From an uncultured bacterium (lineage in GTDB: Bacteria; UBA8481): a DNA stretch of 20,000 nucleotides. The stretch is from positions 59,398-79,397 of the forward strand of contig CAZCME010000023.1 in NCBI GenBank assembly GCA_964499705.1, written 5' to 3'. The position numbers were made by a program, and so were the translations under genes. The first letter of the stretch is position 1. The number at the start of each line of letters is the position of its first letter. Below, piece after piece: positions 14,877 to 20,000 of this stretch. The notes under the pieces were generated by a model that saw only the letters and a program-made list of their open reading frames with translations, was not told the DNA's origin and searched no databases.

Positions 14877-16706
14877 ATGTGCGGAATAGTCGGATACATC
14901 GGGGGGCGTGAAGCTCTGCCGATCCTCATCGAAGGCCTGAAGCGGCTCGAATACCGCGGATATGATTCCGCGGGCTGCGCCCTCATGGCGCCGGGCGGGA
15001 TGTGGATCCGCAAGTCCGTCGGCAAGATCCGCGAGCTGGAGATGCGCATCAACGGCGAAAGTCCCTCCAGCATGATCGGCATCGCGCACACGAGATGGGC
15101 GACGCACGGCGAGCCGAGCGACGCCAACGCTCATCCCCACGCGGACGAGGCCGGCATCATCTCGGTCGTTCACAACGGCATCATCGAGAATTACTCCACG
15201 CTGAAAACGCTCCTGCAGAAGGACGGCCACGTCTTCGCCTCCCAGACCGACACCGAGGTCCTCGTCCACCTCATCGAGAAATTCCACGAGGAGGACGATC
15301 TCCTGACATCCGTCCGGAAGGCCCTGGCCATGGTCCACGGCACATACGGCATCATCGTGGCTTCAGCCAAGGAACCGAACCTCCTGATCGCCGCGCGCCA
15401 TGGATCGCCGCTCGTCCTGGGGATCGGGGAGGGCGAATTCTTCCTCGCCTCCGATGTCGCACCGATCGTTCCCTACACCCGGAACGTGATCTACTTCGAA
15501 GACGACGAGATCGTCCTGGTGCGTCGCGAGGGATACAAGACGACCACGCTCTCCGCGGTGCCGGTCCTGAAATCCATCAGCACCGTCGACTGGAACATCG
15601 AGGAGATCGAGAAGGGCGGCTTCGCGCATTTCATGCTGAAGGAGATCTACGAGCAGCCCGAGACCGTCGCGAACGCGATGCGCGGAAGGATGAAGCTGTC
15701 CGAGGGGACGTCCCAGCTCTCCGGCCTCAACCTGAATCTCGAAGCGCTCCGCCAGATCAAGCGCGTCATCATCACGGGCTGCGGCACGTCGTGGCACGCG
15801 GGGCTCGTCGGGGAATATGTCATCGAGGAGATCGCGCGCATCCCCGTGGAGGTGGAGTACGCCTCGGAGTTCCGGTACCGCAATCCGATCATCGACGACT
15901 CGACCGTCGTCTTTCTCATCAGCCAGTCCGGCGAAACCGCCGACACGCTCGCCGCGCTCCGCGAGGCAAAGGGCAAGGGCGCGCTGCCGCTCGGCATCGT
16001 CAACGTCGTCGGATCCACGATCGCCCGCGAGTCATCCGGAGGCGTCTATATCCATGCCGGCCCGGAGATCGGCGTGGCGTCGACGAAAGCCTTCACGTCG
16101 CAGATCACGGTCCTCATGCTGATCGGACTCCTTCTCGGCCGACAGCGCGACCTTTCCGCCGCCGAGGGAAAGAAGATCCTCCGGGGGCTCCTGGACATCC
16201 CGCACAAGATCAAGAAGATCCTGGCGAAGTCGGAGCAGATCGAGGCGGTCGCGGAATGCTACGCCGACGCGGAGAATTTCCTCTACCTCGGCCGTGGTAT
16301 CAACTTTCCCGTCGCCCTGGAAGGCGCGTTGAAGCTGAAGGAGATCAGCTATATTCACGCGGAAGGGTATCCGGCCGCGGAAATGAAGCACGGCCCGATC
16401 GCGCTCATCGATCAGAACATGCCGTGCGTCGTCATCGCCATCAACGACAGCGCGTATGAGAAGGTGCTCTCGAACATCCAGGAGATCCGGGCTCGAAAAG
16501 GAAAAGTGATCGCCATCGCCTCGGAAGGCGACCGCGAAATCTCCAAGTTCGCCGATCATGTCATCGAGATCCCTCAGACGCATCATCTCCTGACGCCGCT
16601 CCTGACCGTCATCCCCCTCCAGCTCCTGGCCTACCACATTGCCGTCAAGCGCGGCTGCGATGTGGACCAGCCCCGCAACCTCGCCAAGTCCGTCACCGTC
16701 GAATGA
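14877..16706 (+). CDS. glmS: Glutamine--fructose-6-phosphate aminotransferase (isomerizing)
   Basis: MCGIVG, LEYRGYDSAG, HTRWATHG, SQSGETADT and [11 protein letters not shown]. Confidence 0.99.
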   Translation: MCGIVGYIGGREALPILIEGLKRLEYRGYDSAGCALMAPGGMWIRKSVGKIRELEMRINGESPSSMIGIAHTRWATHGEPSDANAHPHADEAGIISVVHNGIIENYSTLKTLLQKDGHVFASQTDTEVLVHLIEKFHEEDDLLTSVRKALAMVHGTYGIIVASAKEPNLLIAARHGSPLVLGIGEGEFFLASDVAPIVPYTRNVIYFEDDEIVLVRREGYKTTTLSAVPVLKSISTVDWNIEEIEKGGFAHFMLKEIYEQPETVANAMRGRMKLSEGTSQLSGLNLNLEALRQIKRVIITGCGTSWHAGLVGEYVIEEIARIPVEVEYASEFRYRNPIIDDSTVVFLISQSGETADTLAALREAKGKGALPLGIVNVVGSTIARESSGGVYIHAGPEIGVASTKAFTSQITVLMLIGLLLGRQRDLSAAEGKKILRGLLDIPHKIKKILAKSEQIEAVAECYADAENFLYLGRGINFPVALEGALKLKEISYIHAEGYPAAEMKHGPIALIDQNMPCVVIAINDSAYEKVLSNIQEIRARKGKVIAIASEGDREISKFADHVIEIPQTHHLLTPLLTVIPLQLLAYHIAVKRGCDVDQPRNLAKSVTVE

Positions 16707-18271
16707 ATTCCGGCGACACAGACGAGACGAGGGGCAACCGCTCCTTCAATGCTCAGCAGGGTGAAGGCGGCAGCAGAAGGGAACGGAACGGGAACATGGC
16801 CGATGAGATCCCGAGCATCGCGCGGGATCGGAATGGCAACATGGGGAATGCGGTACCGGAGGGCGAATCACGGGGCCGGGATTTCTCCGGAGGAGGACAG
16901 CGCACGGGTGCTCCCGGTTCCGGAGAAACGCGGCGCGATCGCGACCGCCACCAGCGGCATCGCCGCGGACGAGGAGGCCGGGATCAGCGCGGAGGCGGCA
17001 GGCCGAATCGCGGTCCGCAGCAGGGCGGCCCCCGCAACGACAACAATCCAAATCGGCAAAGCGGGCAGGGTGGGCAGGGCGGCCAGAGCGGCCAGAGCGG
17101 AATGCCCGGCGGACAACCGAGAGACAATCAGCAGTATCGGCAGAACCAGGGCCAGAATCGACAAGGGCGTGGAGACCGGCCGCATTACGGAGCGCGGCAT
17201 TCGAATCGAGACCGTTCCGGTCAAGACCGTTCGGGTCAAGATCGATCCGGTCAAGACCGTGGCGGGCGGGACCGATCCGGAGGACCGCGCCACCATTCGT
17301 TCGGCGGGCGCCATCAGGGTGGACCACGGCGATTCGACAGGCAGGGCGGAGGTGATCGAGCGCACCGCCGTCCCGATCGCAGAAAGGCGGACGTCATCCG
17401 CGAGCTGGAGAAGAAGTTCGATCAGCTCACCGCCATCGATCCGCTCCAGAGATTCCAGCTGGAGACCATCAAGACGGAGATGACGACACGCGTCGTCGAC
17501 CTCTTCGCTCCGATCGGCCGCGGTCAGCGCGCCATGATCGTCGCGCCGCCCAAGGCCGGCAAGACGCTTCTTCTCCAGAAAATGGCCCTGGCCATCCACA
17601 CCAATCATCCCGAAGTGCGCGTCATCTGTCTCCTCGTGGACGAACGTCCCGAAGAAGTGACGGATTTCCGGCGTAGCGTTCCCGCGGAAGTGATCGCCTC
17701 CTGTTCCGACCAGACCGTCGACGAACATGTCGCCGCGGTGGAGGACACGTTCCTGACGGCGCGCGAGTCCGTGCTGCAGGGCAAGGATGTCATCATCTTC
17801 CTCGATTCGCTGACGCGCCTCGCGCGCGCCTACAACCAGTACACGGAGAGCTCCGGCAAGACGCTCTCCGGCGGCCTCGATTCCGCCGCGATGCAGCGCC
17901 CGCGCAAGTTCTTCGGAGCCGCCAGGAACGTCGACCGTGGAGGCAGCCTCACGGTCGTCGCCACCGCGCTCATAGAAACCGGCAGCAGGATGGACGACAT
18001 CATCTTTCAGGAATTCAAGGGCACCGGAAATACGGAGATCGTTCTCTCCCGCAAGCTCGCAGAGCAGCGCATCTTTCCGGCCATCGATCTGAACGCGACC
18101 GGGACGCGACGGGAGGAGCGCCTCTTCCCGCCGGACCTCATGATGAAAGTGAGAATGCTCCGCCGCGCCCTGAATCCTCTCCCGCCCATCGAAGCCATGC
18201 ACCTGCTCCTCGACAAGCTTTCCAAGACCGAGACGAACGAGGATTTCCTCAAGAGCATCAACGTCAGTTGA
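16703..18271 (+). CDS. rho: Transcription termination factor Rho homolog with a low-complexity N-terminus and no recognisable OB-fold RNA-binding domain
   Basis: [51 protein letters not shown] and TGTRREE; ATGA overlap with glmS. Confidence 0.93.
   Translation: MNSGDTDETRGNRSFNAQQGEGGSRRERNGNMADEIPSIARDRNGNMGNAVPEGESRGRDFSGGGQRTGAPGSGETRRDRDRHQRHRRGRGGRDQRGGGRPNRGPQQGGPRNDNNPNRQSGQGGQGGQSGQSGMPGGQPRDNQQYRQNQGQNRQGRGDRPHYGARHSNRDRSGQDRSGQDRSGQDRGGRDRSGGPRHHSFGGRHQGGPRRFDRQGGGDRAHRRPDRRKADVIRELEKKFDQLTAIDPLQRFQLETIKTEMTTRVVDLFAPIGRGQRAMIVAPPKAGKTLLLQKMALAIHTNHPEVRVICLLVDERPEEVTDFRRSVPAEVIASCSDQTVDEHVAAVEDTFLTARESVLQGKDVIIFLDSLTRLARAYNQYTESSGKTLSGGLDSAAMQRPRKFFGAARNVDRGGSLTVVATALIETGSRMDDIIFQEFKGTGNTEIVLSRKLAEQRIFPAIDLNATGTRREERLFPPDLMMKVRMLRRALNPLPPIEAMHLLLDKLSKTETNEDFLKSINVS
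17210..17284 (+). repeat. Five 15-bp in-frame tandem repeats encoding (DRSGQ)3[10 protein letters not shown] within rho
   Basis: gaccgttccggtcaa / gaccgttcgggtcaa / gatcgatccggtcaa / gaccgtggcgggcgg / gaccgatccggagga. Confidence 0.9.
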
Positions 18272-18274
18272 AAG

Positions 18275-18336
18275 GGATGAAGGAAAGACAAGGATGAAGG
18301 ATGAAGAAATTCATCCCTCATCCTTCATCCCTCATC
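18275..18336. repeat. Inverted heptamer tandem repeat (GGATGAA)n...(YTCATCC)n
   Basis: GGATGAA at 18275, 18292 and 18299; GAAA loop; then TTCATCC CTCATCC TTCATCC CTCATC at 18310-18336. Confidence 0.9.
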
Positions 18337-19853
18337 GTTATAAATCATGGCGCCTGAGAGGCCGAATTCTGGACGGCTCCGGCGCTCCGGAATTCCCGGG
18401 CGTCATCACGATCCACGGCGATGCGATCGAATCGGTCACCACTCAACAGGATGACCATGGGGATGTCGATTTGGACCTCCCGTCGGACCTTGTCATCACC
18501 CCCGGTTTCATCGACATCCACTCGCACGGCGATCACTTTCTCCTCGTCGATCCCTCGGCCGCGTCGAAACTGATGCAGGGCGTGACGACGGACGTCATCG
18601 GCAACTGCGGATATTCCGCGGCGCCTCTCTCCCCCGCCATGCGCGAGCGGAGAACGCGCGGCCTCTCGCGGTACGGACTGGTTCCCCGCTGGAGCTCCTT
18701 CGAAGATTACCTGCGCAGGGTGGAGGACGCGCAGCCCGCGGTGAACGTCGCCGCATTGGCCGGCCATGGCACGCTCCGCACATTCGCGGGAATCCCGGAG
18801 GATCGCGCCGCATCGCAATCGGAACGCCTGAGGCTGGCGCGCGAGGCGGCGAGAGCTTTGAAGGCCGGAGCCTTCGGGATCACGACCGGCCTCGTGTATG
18901 CGCCGGGAAAATTCGCGGACCAGGCGGAACTGAGCGAAATGCTGCGCCCCGTCTCGGAACGAAACGCGCTCTATGCGGCCCATCTCCGCGATGAAGGCGA
19001 TCTTGTCGTTGAGGCCCTGCAGGAAGCGCTGGACCTTGTTCGAACGGCCCGGGTGCGATTTCAGTATTCGCACATCAAGACCTGGGGACGGGCGAACTGG
19101 AAGAAGCGTCCGCGCCTTCTCCAGCTCCTGCGCGCCGCCCGCGCGGAAGGGCTCGACATCGCGACGGATCTCTATCCCTACACGTCCGCCGCCACCGAGC
19201 TTCTCGCCGGGCTCGGGCTCTCCGGCGAACGCGATCCTGAAGTCATTCGCAAGCGGGTCGCGGAGATGGCGGCGAAGGATTCCTCGTGGAGCAAGCGCAT
19301 TCGTTTTCTGACGGCGCGCGAAGGCGAATTGTCCGGCAGGAGATTATCGCATTGGAAAAAACCAGCGGAGTTCCTTGTCGGCATCCTCGAGAAGGACCCG
19401 CATATCTCGGCCGCGTTCACGGAAATGTCGGAAGCGAATGTCGTCGCTTTCATGAAGGAGCCCTATTCCGCCATTGGTTCCGACGCCTCCAACCGGAACG
19501 TGACCGGCCCATTCGCGAACGAAAAGCCGCACCCCCGGGCCTTCGGAACATTCCCCCGGTTCCTGGCTCGCTATGTCCGCGACAAGCACATACTGAGCCT
19601 CCCGGAGGCCGTCCGGAAAGTGACATTGCTCCCGGCATCTCGGCTCGGCTTGACCGACCGGGGCTTGATCCGTTCCGGCCGGAAGGCCGACATCGTCGTC
19701 TTCCATCCCGGCCGGATCGAGGACCGGTCCGATTTCAGAAATCCGCAGGTCTTCCCCACGGGAATGGAACATGTGTGGGTCAATGGCAGGCCATCCGTGC
19801 GCCATGGCGAACTGACGGCTGACCGATCAGGCAGGGTTCTGCGCGCCGGATAA
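18294..19853 (+). CDS. N-acyl-D-amino-acid deacylase (D-aminoacylase) family amidohydrolase
   Basis: ILDGSG, PGFIDIHSH, GVTTDVIGNCG, AHLRDEG, IGSD, PHPRAFGTFPR and VWVNG. Confidence 0.92.
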   Translation: MKDEEIHPSSFIPHRYKSWRLRGRILDGSGAPEFPGVITIHGDAIESVTTQQDDHGDVDLDLPSDLVITPGFIDIHSHGDHFLLVDPSAASKLMQGVTTDVIGNCGYSAAPLSPAMRERRTRGLSRYGLVPRWSSFEDYLRRVEDAQPAVNVAALAGHGTLRTFAGIPEDRAASQSERLRLAREAARALKAGAFGITTGLVYAPGKFADQAELSEMLRPVSERNALYAAHLRDEGDLVVEALQEALDLVRTARVRFQYSHIKTWGRANWKKRPRLLQLLRAARAEGLDIATDLYPYTSAATELLAGLGLSGERDPEVIRKRVAEMAAKDSSWSKRIRFLTAREGELSGRRLSHWKKPAEFLVGILEKDPHISAAFTEMSEANVVAFMKEPYSAIGSDASNRNVTGPFANEKPHPRAFGTFPRFLARYVRDKHILSLPEAVRKVTLLPASRLGLTDRGLIRSGRKADIVVFHPGRIEDRSDFRNPQVFPTGMEHVWVNGRPSVRHGELTADRSGRVLRAG

Positions 19854-19885
19854 GGGTTCGCGAAAGAATAACTTCCCAGTACCGA

Positions 19886-19988
19886 GGCCGAGCGAAACGG
19901 CGGATGGCAAGGCGCAACGACGACGACACCCTTGCAACAGCCGGGTGTCGAGGAGTAGGAACGCAGCCCGCCGCCGTTGCAGCCGGCC
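19886..19988. repeat. Nested inverted-repeat intergenic element (structured RNA or dispersed repeat)
   Basis: Nested pairs GGCCG/CGGCC (19886-19890/19984-19988), AACGGCGG/CCGCCGTT (19896-19903/19971-19978) and CGACACCC/GGGTGTCG (19924-19931/19943-19950), separated by purine-rich internal loops. Confidence 0.55.
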
Positions 19989-20000
19989 GACTGCCGGACG

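Overview
A GC-rich bacterial chromosomal window with four blocks. (1) A minus-strand flagellar switch/export operon, fliL-fliM-fliY-fliO-fliP (fliP runs off the left edge), preceded by a ~470-bp intergenic region rich in repeats and hairpins. (2) A minus-strand cluster encoding a circularly permuted type-2 ATP-grasp ligase, a half-size alpha-E protein, a small four-Cys protein, a metallophosphoesterase-like protein, a SAM methyltransferase and a small hypothetical protein. Upstream lie a 113-aa ORF and an AT-rich region with a long hairpin and an orphan terminator. (3) A UvrD/PcrA-like protein with degenerate catalytic motifs, convergent with an O-antigen-ligase-like gene and a DUF4330-like gene. 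(4) A plus-strand operon: def, fmt, a CpsB-like PHP phosphatase, glmS, rho and a D-aminoacylase. The most notable items are a Rho that appears to lack the OB-fold RNA-binding domain and has a ~230-aa Arg/Gly/Gln-rich disordered region instead; an ATP-grasp/alpha-E locus without the usual transglutaminase or proteasome-like peptidase; a probable pseudo-helicase; and several candidate structured RNAs. All family calls come from motif recognition by eye; no database searches were run.
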